Below, one piece after another: positions 1 through 9,573 of a stretch of DNA of 64,000 nt. Location: contig JBHLLU010000022.1 in NCBI GenBank assembly GCA_048938895.1, positions 1-64,000 of the forward strand. Reading direction: 5' to 3'. Each line of letters starts with the position of its first letter. Within the stretch, counting starts at the first letter, position 1. The stretch is from Promethearchaeota archaeon (GTDB lineage Archaea; Asgardarchaeota; Lokiarchaeia; Sigyniarchaeales; SOKP01). The notes under the pieces are model-generated. The model did no database searches. It was given only the letters and a program-made list of their open reading frames with translations, and was not told the origin of the DNA. A program made the position numbers and the translations under genes.

Positions 1-2585
1 GATGTTGCAAGAGCCCATTCAGCTCCATTTTTAAAACCTCCCTTTTCATATGAATTTGCAGCTTTTCTAAGAATTACTTTAACTTTTGGAAACAAACTAG
101 TTTTGGTTTTTATATCATCAGAAAGATCAAATTTACATCCCTCCTCTAAAGCTAAGCAGAAATTAGAATTACCTTGTGCTAAGAATTTTAATTTACTTTC
201 TGAAAAGAATTCACTTGCTTTCGAAAATAAATTTGCCGCTTCTGCAAATTTTTCAGGATTTTCAAAGTTTTCCGCTAATTCCATACTTTCCCAAGCTTTA
301 CAGAGATGGTATATTGCTTCTATTTCTCTTTTTTCTTTCTCAATCTTATACAATAAACAAATGTCTCTGAATTGAGAGGCAGCATTCTTAAATTTTTCAG
401 CAGCAGCAATATGATTTCCATTCTTACCTAAAATTCTTGCTTCATCAAGATTTATCCTTGCAGAACAATGATTCATCCTTACCTTAGCTACTTTCTCAAG
501 TTTTTTTAATTCCTTTGATCTTCTTATATTTTTCCGAATATATCTAATTACAAAAACAGCATTCTCGAAAAGATCTCTCGTCTTTTCAAAACTTATTATG
601 GCTTCACTGTAATTTTCTAGTTTACTCAGATCTTCTGATTCTTCTAATGACTTCCATGCATCATAATAAGCAGCTTCATAATTGAAGTTAGGTAATAATC
701 GTAAGACTTCAGTTGCTTTCTCATAACTTTCTTTGGCTTTAATATGATCTTCCCTTTTATGATATGATTTAGCCTCCTCTATTAATTTCCAAGCTTTAGC
801 ATAATTTATTTTTTCATTAATTCTCTCTATTAAAGGTTTGTAATCAAGATTTTTCAATGATCTATTATGACTTTCTTGAGCTTTATTATAAAATTCTGCG
901 GAACCAGTGTGGTTTCCCAGACGATCTTCTAACCTAGCGATATATTCATAGCATGCTGCAGTATAATATTCATAACCTTTTTCTAAAGCATCTTCAATTA
1001 CAAGAAGGAATATTTTCCTGGCTTCCATCAAGGGTTTGTTCTCAAGTGTTATAATCCCTAACTCCTCATAAAGAAGCCCTAACCGTATTTGGGTAGCTAG
1101 AAATAAATTATATGATTCAATTGCATATTTTTTATTATTCTTCAGTGCCTCAATAGCAATTTCTAAATATTTAATTTTATCTTGTTTATTTTTGGTAATA
1201 TCTGCCATAGTTTTATTAGCTCTATATGTAGCATCAAAACTTGCAGATTTGACATTTCCGCCCTTATATCCTTTAGCAGCATTTACAGCTTGATTAGCAT
1301 AATCGAACATCTTTTGAATATATTTTTCTTTAGGATCATCTTCCGTCGCAAGAATAACTAAATTTGAATATAAATTAGTTAATAACTGATAAGTTAGGGC
1401 AAAAAAAGGTCCAAACGAGAGGTTTTCTAATTGTTTTGTAGCATATTTTATACCCAATTCTGCATAAGATCTCCTTGTCTCACGTCTTAAAAAACTTCTG
1501 CCCGCAAAATTATGATAATACATAATTGATGTACGAGATATTAATAAACTTTGGAACATATAAAATTCATCATAGATTTCACTTAAATTCTGGAGCTCCT
1601 GGACATCTCTTAGAATTCTCTTTTGATAATACTCAAATCTGCCAAAAACACCAGCTAAATAGTCTACGGCATAAATAGCTTGAATCAAATCAATTTTGTC
1701 TCCTGATACTCTGAAAAAAGTTATCCCTTTTTCTAATAAATTAAATCCTTTCTCAACATACTCCATTCTTATTTTAGGATCTCCAGCATATAGAGTTCCA
1801 AAAAAAGTATAATTCGTTCCTGCTGAAACAAAGACAAGTCCACGAATAAAAAAATCATCACAGTTTTTTACTTGTTCTAAAGTTTCATCGCTCCGCAATA
1901 ACAATCTTTTACGTAAGTCTATGTCCTGTTTATCTCCAATTGTAAGTTCTGTGTACCTATTCCACGTAATCAACATAGTTTCCATAGCTAATAAGTACGA
2001 TCTAGAAAGTATGTTATCAAATTCTTCTATTAGCGTCCAACATTCTTCTGCTAAATTATAGCTCATTTGTGTATAATATGTAAATTCAGAAGGGTCCTTA
2101 CATAATCCAAGTAAAGGGTATATACAACGTAATACTAAAATTTTTGAATTTATGAGATCCTTTTTGTCTTTTATATTGGCATATCTTTTATTTAAATCCA
2201 AACATATATCAATTGATTCTTTTAATGCACTTTTTCCCTCTTCAATCGATGTGACTGCCCAACCACTAATAAAAAGTGCTTTAGCTTTACATTCTAAACT
2301 TAAAAATTCATTATCAATTTGTTTAAATAGATCTTCAGCTATTTGATAAATTTCAATTATATGGTTAATCCAATTTAAGTACTCATTTTTGGTTTTTGAA
2401 GCTAATAGAGCTCGAAAACCTAATTCTCCAATTTCATTGTAAAGATTTGCTGCATCATCTAACATCATCTTATCTACATATTTTTTTGCGATCTGCTCAT
2501 ATAATTCCATAGCATTACTCCAGTTACAATTTTTTTCCTCGATTTCTGCTTTTTCTAATAGAACTCTTTTGCTAATTTTTACCAT
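1..2585 (-). CDS. Large TPR/SNAP-like helical-repeat protein, paralog of 2623..6450; runs off the window start (C-terminus missing)
   Basis: Not in ORF track (no stop in window). Hand translation from ATG at 2585: MVKISKRVLLEKAEIEEK...FGPFFALTYQL...IARLEDRLGNH...CKAWESMELAENF...YEKGGFKNGAEWALAT, colinear with FGPFFGLSYQL, LARIEDRMGNH, CRAWEGMELAENY, YEKGGFINGADWALGT in the neighbour. Confidence 0.9.
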   Translation of the reverse strand, partial: MVKISKRVLLEKAEIEEKNCNWSNAMELYEQIAKKYVDKMMLDDAANLYNEIGELGFRALLASKTKNEYLNWINHIIEIYQIAEDLFKQIDNEFLSLECKAKALFISGWAVTSIEEGKSALKESIDICLDLNKRYANIKDKKDLINSKILVLRCIYPLLGLCKDPSEFTYYTQMSYNLAEECWTLIEEFDNILSRSYLLAMETMLITWNRYTELTIGDKQDIDLRKRLLLRSDETLEQVKNCDDFFIRGLVFVSAGTNYTFFGTLYAGDPKIRMEYVEKGFNLLEKGITFFRVSGDKIDLIQAIYAVDYLAGVFGRFEYYQKRILRDVQELQNLSEIYDEFYMFQSLLISRTSIMYYHNFAGRSFLRRETRRSYAELGIKYATKQLENLSFGPFFALTYQLLTNLYSNLVILATEDDPKEKYIQKMFDYANQAVNAAKGYKGGNVKSASFDATYRANKTMADITKNKQDKIKYLEIAIEALKNNKKYAIESYNLFLATQIRLGLLYEELGIITLENKPLMEARKIFLLVIEDALEKGYEYYTAACYEYIARLEDRLGNHTGSAEFYNKAQESHNRSLKNLDYKPLIERINEKINYAKAWKLIEEAKSYHKREDHIKAKESYEKATEVLRLLPNFNYEAAYYDAWKSLEESEDLSKLENYSEAIISFEKTRDLFENAVFVIRYIRKNIRRSKELKKLEKVAKVRMNHCSARINLDEARILGKNGNHIAAAEKFKNAASQFRDICLLYKIEKEKREIEAIYHLCKAWESMELAENFENPEKFAEAANLFSKASEFFSESKLKFLAQGNSNFCLALEEGCKFDLSDDIKTKTSLFPKVKVILRKAANSYEKGGFKNGAEWALAT

Positions 2586-2622
2586 CTCTGACTTTTAAAT
2601 GATACTCAATCGAATTTTATCA

Positions 2623-5600
2623 TTATCTAGTACTTTGGATAAATTTTAATCCTTTATTTCGTTCTTTTTCCCATTTCTTACGTTCTGAACGCAATTTAAA
2701 TAAATCAACATCTTTATAAATTAAACCCTCCTCTTTCGCAGGTATAATTCTCTCAGTACGATCTTTTTCAGGAGTGTAAATAAGAGAATCACCAAATTCA
2801 GCAACATTAGCAAAGAAACAATAAGCATATATTGATCTACGTGCATCAAAATGAGCAGCTTTAAAATCAGCAGTAACAGGTGTAAAAGCAGGATTTATTA
2901 TAATATCCACTGGGGGTTCAAAATTTTTCAATTCCACGCGCAAATCCATATCAAGGAAATCACGACATATTGTTATTGCTATTCTCCCAAACTCTGTATT
3001 AGTAATTATAGTATTTCGAGGGTAATTACTTACTTCTATCGCCTCAACAAATTTATTTGATGAAATATGAATTGTTGCTGGGATGTGTTTTTCTTGTTCC
3101 CATAAAATACCTTCAGGACTTATAACTAAACTAACGTTTCTCTTAGTACGTTCATTATGATAAGAACCCGGAATAACATACATATCATAAATTTTTGAAT
3201 AATTTATTAATTCCTCAAGTAACTGATCATAATTTAAATCTATCATCATTTCTGGAAAGATAAGGATATTAATCCCATTTGAATTTGCTTTCTCAATCAT
3301 TTGTTTATAGGTTAATTTGAGTGAATTAAGTACATCTTCTTTAATTCCTAACAACCCACTTTCTTTGATGTCGAAATATTCTTTCATTATATCTCCAGAT
3401 TTAGATAAACCAATCTGAGCTACTCCAATTCTGCATTCTCTCCTTTGAATTTTAGGGTATTTTTTCAATAGATCATTATAGATTAAAGTATATTTTCTAT
3501 CCTTTTCAGTTATTTCAGATAAATCTCTTGCCTCTACTGTTAATTGGTTAATTTCGCTGAGCTTTGGAGATAAACTGGTTTCTATTGGGCACGCAGGAGC
3601 AACAATCCCTACAGTACTTCTCGATATTACAGGATTACTAATAGCATTTAAAGCCGAATAAAGGATCTTTTCTTCTTTTTCAATTCTAATTAATTTTTCA
3701 TATATTTCTTCTTTTCTTTCTCTATATCCTGATTTCTCGAACATATCTGCTGCAGACTTAAGGTATTTAACTCCAATTTCTAGTTGTTGTTTCTTTTTTT
3801 CAAGATCTAATTCCTCATCCATTTTAATTAAATACCAAAGAGCATCAAAATAAGTTGACGTACCTAATGCCCAATCAGCACCGTTAATAAATCCTCCTTT
3901 CTCATATGATCTTGAAGCATTCCGTAACATTATTTTGACTTTTTTATAAGATTCCATCTTATTCTCCATGTTTGCAGATTCATCGAATCGACACCCACTT
4001 TCCAGAGCTAAACAAACAAAAGAATTGCCAGAAGCTAATAACTTTAATTTACTATCAGTAAATAAATTACTTGTCTTTAGAAATAATTGGGAAGCTTCTA
4101 AAAATCTTTCTGGTTCTTGATAATTCTCGGCGAGTTCCATGCCTTCCCATGCTCTACAGAGATAATAGATTGCTTCTAATTCCTTTTTCTCTCTTTCAAT
4201 TTTGAATAGAGTACAGATATCTCTAAACTTTGTGGCAGATAAAGCGAAATTTTCTGCAGCAGAGAGATGCTCATTTTGTTTTTGGAGTATTCTCGCTCTT
4301 TCAAGATTGATCCGCGCTGAACAATAATTTATTCTGACATTAGCAACCTTTTCAAGTTTCTCAATTCTTTCATTTTCAATTTTGCTAGAAGATTTTGTTA
4401 AGGCACCTTCTAATGTTTCAATAGTTTCTTCAAAACTCCCTATTGTTGATTGGTATTTTTGAATCGCCTCTTTATGATTTTCTTTTTTACTCTCATGTTC
4501 TGAGGATTCCAATAATGCCCAAGATAAATAATATAAAGCTTCATACTTATATTTTGGCAGAATTTTTAAGATTTCACAAGCTCTCTCATAAAATCTTTTT
4601 GCTTCTATATGATATTCTTTCTTATGTGCAGCTTTCGCATTTTCAATTAAGTTCCAAGCGTTATCATATTCAATTTTTTCCTTAACCCTGTCCTTTAATA
4701 ATTTAAAATCTATTTTTTCTAAAGATTTAATATGAGCATTTTTTGCTAATTCATATTGTTGAGCGGATACTGAATGATTACCCATTCTATCTTCAATCCT
4801 AGCTAAATATTCATGCCCTGCAGCTGTATGATAAAAATATCCTTTTTCTTCTGTGTCTTTTATTAATTGAAGGAATATTTCTCTTGCTTGAAATAATGGT
4901 TCTTTTTTTTTAGTTAATATAGCTAAATCTTCGTATAATAACCCAAGATGCATATGAGTGGCAATATAATTTCTATGAGATTCAATTGAAAAATCAATAT
5001 TTTTCTCAGTTGCTTTTATCGCAGCTGACAAATGGTTAATCTTTTCTTCATTGTTGGTTATTATATTAAATAAAGTTCTATGCGCACGATAAACTGAATC
5101 ATAACCAGCTGCACGAACCATTCCACCTTTATATTTTTTTCCTTCCTCTTCAGCAGCAGATGCATAGTAGAACATCTTTTTAATGTATTTTTCCCGTTTT
5201 TCTTTATCAGTTGTTAAAAGTACTAATTCTGAATATAAATTTGTTGCTAGTTGATATGATAAACCAAAAAAAGGTCCAAAAGGAAGTTTTTTTAATCCAT
5301 CCTCTAATTCTTTAATTCCCTTTTTCGCATATGATACTCTTGAAGCTGGATTTAAAAAACTTCTTAAAGCAAAGTCGCGATAGTAATATGCCGAAAGAAA
5401 GTTTGTTAAAAATCCCCAAAATGAATATAAATTTTGATAAGTTTTACCGCTTTTTTGAATCTCTTTAACATCACTTAGTATCCTTCTTTGAAGATACTGG
5501 AATTTTCCAAGGAGTACAATATGGTAATCTAACCAATATATGTTGTTAATTAAAACTGGTGCATAATTAATTTTTCTTAATAAGGCTAAAGATTTTTCAT

Positions 5601-6450
5601 AATATTCTATACCTTTATTAACTAATCTTATTTGCTCTTTTTCTTGATATATATATCTAGTTGCTAAAACACAATTAATACCAGCTGCGGAAAAAAATTT
5701 TTTGGCTTTGGTAAGTTCATCGATTTCTTCAACAACATCTAGTGCTTCATTACATTTTTGATTGAGTTTTTGATACAATTCATAACCTGCATTTATTCTT
5801 GTAAATGATGTCCAAGTATAACTACCAAAAATAAAAGTTAATACAAATAGAAAATTTCCTAAATATTTTTTATTTCCAATTTCATTTGATAATTTCCAAC
5901 CATTTTCTATTATTTCGCTTCCTTTTTGACAAATTTGCTTTAATTCGTTAGGATCATTATAATATTGTAATAGGACCCCTAAAGATTCGACTGCTTTATG
6001 CAAAATCTTCAATTGTTTTTTCCTTTCATGTTTTCCTTCATAAATTCTACTTGCTTCTATATATTTTTCAAAAGAATTTATACCACTTTCTTTACAATAT
6101 TCTGGAGAGATTCCCTTATCCATTTCAACTCTAAATATACCTGCTTCACATTCAAGAATTTTTACTTTGAAATTTAAATCTTCATAAAGTTCTATAGCAT
6201 GATTATAAGCTTCTATTGCTTTATTTATGAGATCACTATATTCATCCTCTGTTTCTGATGTAGAAACTGCTAATGTGTAAATCTCTCCCATCTTTTTATA
6301 AATATTTGCAGCCTTTGCTTCATTATTCTTAATTAAAGGCATCTTAAGGAGCTTTTCATATATATTTAAAGCTTCTTTAAGATTAAACTTCTTTTCCTCT
6401 CCTTTTGCATTAAATAACAATTCATTATATGTGATTCTTACCAACCTCAA
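2623..6450 (-). CDS. 1275-aa TPR/SNAP-like helical-repeat protein with C-terminal carbon-nitrogen hydrolase (nitrilase-superfamily) domain
   Basis: About 950 aa of A/Y/E/K-rich helical repeats, then RIGVAQI..ILIFPE..PGSYH..QEKHIP..FGRIAITICRD..DIIINPAF..FANVA with the Glu-Lys-Cys triad. Confidence 0.85.
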   Translation of the reverse strand: MRLVRITYNELLFNAKGEEKKFNLKEALNIYEKLLKMPLIKNNEAKAANIYKKMGEIYTLAVSTSETEDEYSDLINKAIEAYNHAIELYEDLNFKVKILECEAGIFRVEMDKGISPEYCKESGINSFEKYIEASRIYEGKHERKKQLKILHKAVESLGVLLQYYNDPNELKQICQKGSEIIENGWKLSNEIGNKKYLGNFLFVLTFIFGSYTWTSFTRINAGYELYQKLNQKCNEALDVVEEIDELTKAKKFFSAAGINCVLATRYIYQEKEQIRLVNKGIEYYEKSLALLRKINYAPVLINNIYWLDYHIVLLGKFQYLQRRILSDVKEIQKSGKTYQNLYSFWGFLTNFLSAYYYRDFALRSFLNPASRVSYAKKGIKELEDGLKKLPFGPFFGLSYQLATNLYSELVLLTTDKEKREKYIKKMFYYASAAEEEGKKYKGGMVRAAGYDSVYRAHRTLFNIITNNEEKINHLSAAIKATEKNIDFSIESHRNYIATHMHLGLLYEDLAILTKKKEPLFQAREIFLQLIKDTEEKGYFYHTAAGHEYLARIEDRMGNHSVSAQQYELAKNAHIKSLEKIDFKLLKDRVKEKIEYDNAWNLIENAKAAHKKEYHIEAKRFYERACEILKILPKYKYEALYYLSWALLESSEHESKKENHKEAIQKYQSTIGSFEETIETLEGALTKSSSKIENERIEKLEKVANVRINYCSARINLERARILQKQNEHLSAAENFALSATKFRDICTLFKIEREKKELEAIYYLCRAWEGMELAENYQEPERFLEASQLFLKTSNLFTDSKLKLLASGNSFVCLALESGCRFDESANMENKMESYKKVKIMLRNASRSYEKGGFINGADWALGTSTYFDALWYLIKMDEELDLEKKKQQLEIGVKYLKSAADMFEKSGYRERKEEIYEKLIRIEKEEKILYSALNAISNPVISRSTVGIVAPACPIETSLSPKLSEINQLTVEARDLSEITEKDRKYTLIYNDLLKKYPKIQRRECRIGVAQIGLSKSGDIMKEYFDIKESGLLGIKEDVLNSLKLTYKQMIEKANSNGINILIFPEMMIDLNYDQLLEELINYSKIYDMYVIPGSYHNERTKRNVSLVISPEGILWEQEKHIPATIHISSNKFVEAIEVSNYPRNTIITNTEFGRIAITICRDFLDMDLRVELKNFEPPVDIIINPAFTPVTADFKAAHFDARRSIYAYCFFANVAEFGDSLIYTPEKDRTERIIPAKEEGLIYKDVDLFKLRSERKKWEKERNKGLKFIQSTR

Positions 6451-6585
6451 CGATTTATCAGTACTGAATTAAAAATTTTGTTTTGGAATTTGTTATTTGC
6501 CAACTCTAAGATTAATTAATAATGAGATAAACTTCCTTAAAACTATTTACTTTTCTGGGAGTTGAAAAGAATGAAGAAAACTGAT

Positions 6586-6816
6586 TTATAATTCCTTAAG
6601 AACTACCATCTCTTCTGGTAGATATGCTTTTAAGAGGTCACCAAGTTTCATGTCATCATCTATTGGTATGCCTCTAATTAGAAATTGAGATCTTTTTAGA
6701 GGATCAACTTTCCATTCAAATTCACTAAGAAGGTATCTTTTTACATCAATAAATCTTTCTTCTGTATCAATCATAAAATCATCCATAAGTTTTTCAATAT
6801 CTTTTACCTGTACCAA
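6586..6816 (-). CDS. Small putative ubiquitin-like (beta-grasp) protein lacking C-terminal GG
   Basis: 76 aa; FIDVKRYL..SQFLIRGIPIDDDMKLGDL resembles ubiquitin IENVKAKI..QRLIFAGKQLEDGRTLSDY; AAAGGAGA RBS upstream of a TTG start. Confidence 0.6.
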   Translation of the reverse strand: MVQVKDIEKLMDDFMIDTEERFIDVKRYLLSEFEWKVDPLKRSQFLIRGIPIDDDMKLGDLLKAYLPEEMVVLKEL

Positions 6817-6938
6817 TTCTATTCTCCTTTAATTGTTAAATTAAATAACTATGCAATTAAAGATCAAGTTTTAAAATTTATAAATTTTTAAAAATTAGAG
6901 TTTGAAAAATAAAATCTCCTTAATATTCAAAGAGTGTC

Positions 6939-7739
6939 TCAAGGAAGGTACATCCTAATCGCTAAAATAATTAACACAACGGATACTCCAAATTGAAGAT
7001 AATTCTTTGGAATTTTTCCTGATACTTTTGAACCAAGAAAAGAACCCATTATAGCCCCAACTCCAATCAAAATCCCAATCATATAATGAATATCCCCCAG
7101 GATTATTCTCGCGGTAGCATTATAAAATCCAATAAAAAATATCATTGCTGTAGATGTTGCAGTTGAATAATGAATAGGAATATCAAAAAGGATACATAGA
7201 ATTGGAACAAATAACAAGCCACCTCCAATACCACTCAAATACGCTACAAAACCCCCCAAAAAAAACAACGGAATTCCTATTTTAATATCAGATTTTAAGT
7301 CATAATCTTTAAATGAAAATTCTGCTTTTAAGAGCTCTTCATTGTTTTTGTCAGAATTATAACTTGCTACTGCCTTTACTATCATATTTATCCCTGAAAC
7401 AAGAATAATAGACGCAATAATGATTTTAAGAACAAAATTATCAAGTGGAAAGAGAAAAAAGAAGAAACTTGCAGCTATACTCCCAAATAATGCGAAACTA
7501 GCAAAAATTAATGATAATTCGATGTTTATTCTCCCCTGTCTATAATAATTAATAAACGCAACTCCAGAGAAAAGAAAAATTATGAAAGTAGACGTATTTC
7601 TTGCTTCATCAATCGGGATAGCAAATAATAAAATCATTAACGACATATATAACGCCCCACCTCCAATTCCAGCAATGGAGCCAACAATACCAAAAATTAT
7701 ACCAAAAGATATGAGGATAACAATTACCCCGAGATCCAT
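6939..7739 (-). CDS. TauE/SafE (TSUP) family sulfite/organosulfonate exporter
   Basis: Two GIGGG half-repeats (GSIAGIGGGALY, LSGIGGGLLFVP), about 8 TM segments. Confidence 0.85.
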   Translation of the reverse strand: MDLGVIVILISFGIIFGIVGSIAGIGGGALYMSLMILLFAIPIDEARNTSTFIIFLFSGVAFINYYRQGRINIELSLIFASFALFGSIAASFFFFLFPLDNFVLKIIIASIILVSGINMIVKAVASYNSDKNNEELLKAEFSFKDYDLKSDIKIGIPLFFLGGFVAYLSGIGGGLLFVPILCILFDIPIHYSTATSTAMIFFIGFYNATARIILGDIHYMIGILIGVGAIMGSFLGSKVSGKIPKNYLQFGVSVVLIILAIRMYLP

Positions 7740-7875
7740 AAAATACGAAATGTCTTACGCTATTATTACTTTACTAAAAAAAAGAGGATTAATAAGATAA
7801 TAATATATTGTTAAGACAAAATTATAATTATAACAGATAAATATTTAAAAATTAAATTTTCTCTCTCTCTTAAGT

Positions 7876-8280
7876 ATGCCAGATACTAATGCAGACAAAT
7901 TAGTACTTGAATTAGTTGCATGTGACCGTTGTAAAAATCCTTTTATGATGCAGAAGGGGGAAAAAATAAGAAAGCAAAAAAAAAATGAAGAGATCGTTTG
8001 TGAAAATTGTATTAAACTAGAACAAAGAAAAATTCAACTGGCAACTTCAGTAGTTAAATCACAAGAAAAGATAAAGTCATCTATTAAAGAATATGAGCAT
8101 CAGTTAGAAACAGAAAAATCACAAGAAAAGAAGAATTTATATTATGAGAAAATAAAAAAGCAATCTGAAATCTTAACTAAATCAGTTGAACTTCTTAAAA
8201 AGATTGAAAAAACAAACGATGAGAAATATATCGAGGAATATAAGAGACTTTTTGAAAAAATGAAAAACCAAACTTCTTGA
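7876..8280 (+). CDS. Hypothetical protein: N-terminal zinc ribbon plus coiled coil
   Basis: CDRC...CENC followed by a K/E/Q-rich helix. Confidence 0.7.
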   Translation: MPDTNADKLVLELVACDRCKNPFMMQKGEKIRKQKKNEEIVCENCIKLEQRKIQLATSVVKSQEKIKSSIKEYEHQLETEKSQEKKNLYYEKIKKQSEILTKSVELLKKIEKTNDEKYIEEYKRLFEKMKNQTS

Positions 8281-8306
8281 TTTTATACTGTACTTTTGTA
8301 AAAAAA

Positions 8307-9065
8307 TTATTTCTTAATAAAAACTAGTCCAATATTCCTAATTTTATTTATTGAATTATATTTTGCATCAATTTTCATTAATTTGGAAAAAAATTTAACA
8401 ATGAGATCCCATAGTTTTCTAAAACCAAGATTGGATTCATATTTGTTTCTTAGGTGTAATAAATTCTCCTCCAATTTTTTCGGATTCGTTGATTGAATAT
8501 TAGTTATCGCCATTAATCTGCCATATACACCAAATATTTTTAAATTCCTAAGATTAAATTCATTAAAAATTTTAATAATCTGATTTATTTCGTAGCGTCT
8601 AAAATGGCCAATTAGACGATCTTGAGCCGTAAAATATTTCTGTCTATGAGGTACTGTAATTATAAGAATTCCATTTTTTTTTAAGATTCTACTTATCTCG
8701 GATATAGCCTTTTTATCTTCTTTTAGATGCTCAATTACATCAAGAACAGATACAAAATCAAAAACATCATTACGATATGGTAGTTTCAGCAGATCACCAC
8801 AAATAGGATACCACCTTTTCTTTTTTGTATATTGCTTCAATGGGAGATCTGCTATATCCAGTGAAAATTTTTGATCAATATTATCTAAAAAGTATAGGAA
8901 AGAATTTCCAGAACACCCAAGATCAATCCCATGGTTATAAGTTTTTTTAATATTGATATTCGCCTTCAAAAGATCAAACTTGCATTTAATACCTGGAGAA
9001 ATATTATATTCTGTTAATGTTCTATATGAAAAATTCTTATGTTTATCGTAGAAATCTTTGATCAT
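8307..9065 (-). CDS. Class I SAM-dependent methyltransferase
   Basis: IDLGCSG motif I, GDLLKLPY, FDFV..LDVIEHL, RILKKNGILIITVP. Confidence 0.9.
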   Translation of the reverse strand: MIKDFYDKHKNFSYRTLTEYNISPGIKCKFDLLKANINIKKTYNHGIDLGCSGNSFLYFLDNIDQKFSLDIADLPLKQYTKKKRWYPICGDLLKLPYRNDVFDFVSVLDVIEHLKEDKKAISEISRILKKNGILIITVPHRQKYFTAQDRLIGHFRRYEINQIIKIFNEFNLRNLKIFGVYGRLMAITNIQSTNPKKLEENLLHLRNKYESNLGFRKLWDLIVKFFSKLMKIDAKYNSINKIRNIGLVFIKK

Positions 9066-9168
9066 TTGAAGAATTTTAAAGCTATTGGTTTTAATTTTTA
9101 TATACTATTTAAAAAAAAAGTAATATTAAAATTTACAGCTATTAGTAAATTAAAAAAAGAAAATAATA

Positions 9169-9573
9169 ATGATTCAGCTAAGTGTATTTCTCGAAGATCG
9201 ACCAGGTGTACTAGCTAAATTTATAAAGCTTCTAATGGATAATAAAATCTTTATTAGGGCTTTAACAGTTGCAAAAACATCTGAATACGGGTTGTTATTG
9301 CTATTAGTGGACAAACCAGAAGAATGTATGACACTTTTGGAAGAAAAAGATTATCTTCTTTCAACTACAGAAGTAATCGCGATTAGATTAAATGATAATC
9401 CAAATGCTTTATACCAAATTCCTAAAACTCTAGGTGATAATGAAATAAACATTGATTATTGTTATTCTACATTGGTTAAAGATGACTCAATGCTTATTGT
9501 GCGTGTAGAAGATGATATCATCGAATCAGCTATTCAAGTTCTAAAAAAGAATAAGTTTACTATTGTAGATTAG
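9169..9573 (+). CDS. Tandem ACT-domain amino-acid-binding protein
   Basis: QLSVFLEDRPGVL..I.IRA and second ACT DNPNAL..EINIDYCYS; a family commonly beside iorAB. Confidence 0.85.
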   Translation: MIQLSVFLEDRPGVLAKFIKLLMDNKIFIRALTVAKTSEYGLLLLLVDKPEECMTLLEEKDYLLSTTEVIAIRLNDNPNALYQIPKTLGDNEINIDYCYSTLVKDDSMLIVRVEDDIIESAIQVLKKNKFTIVD

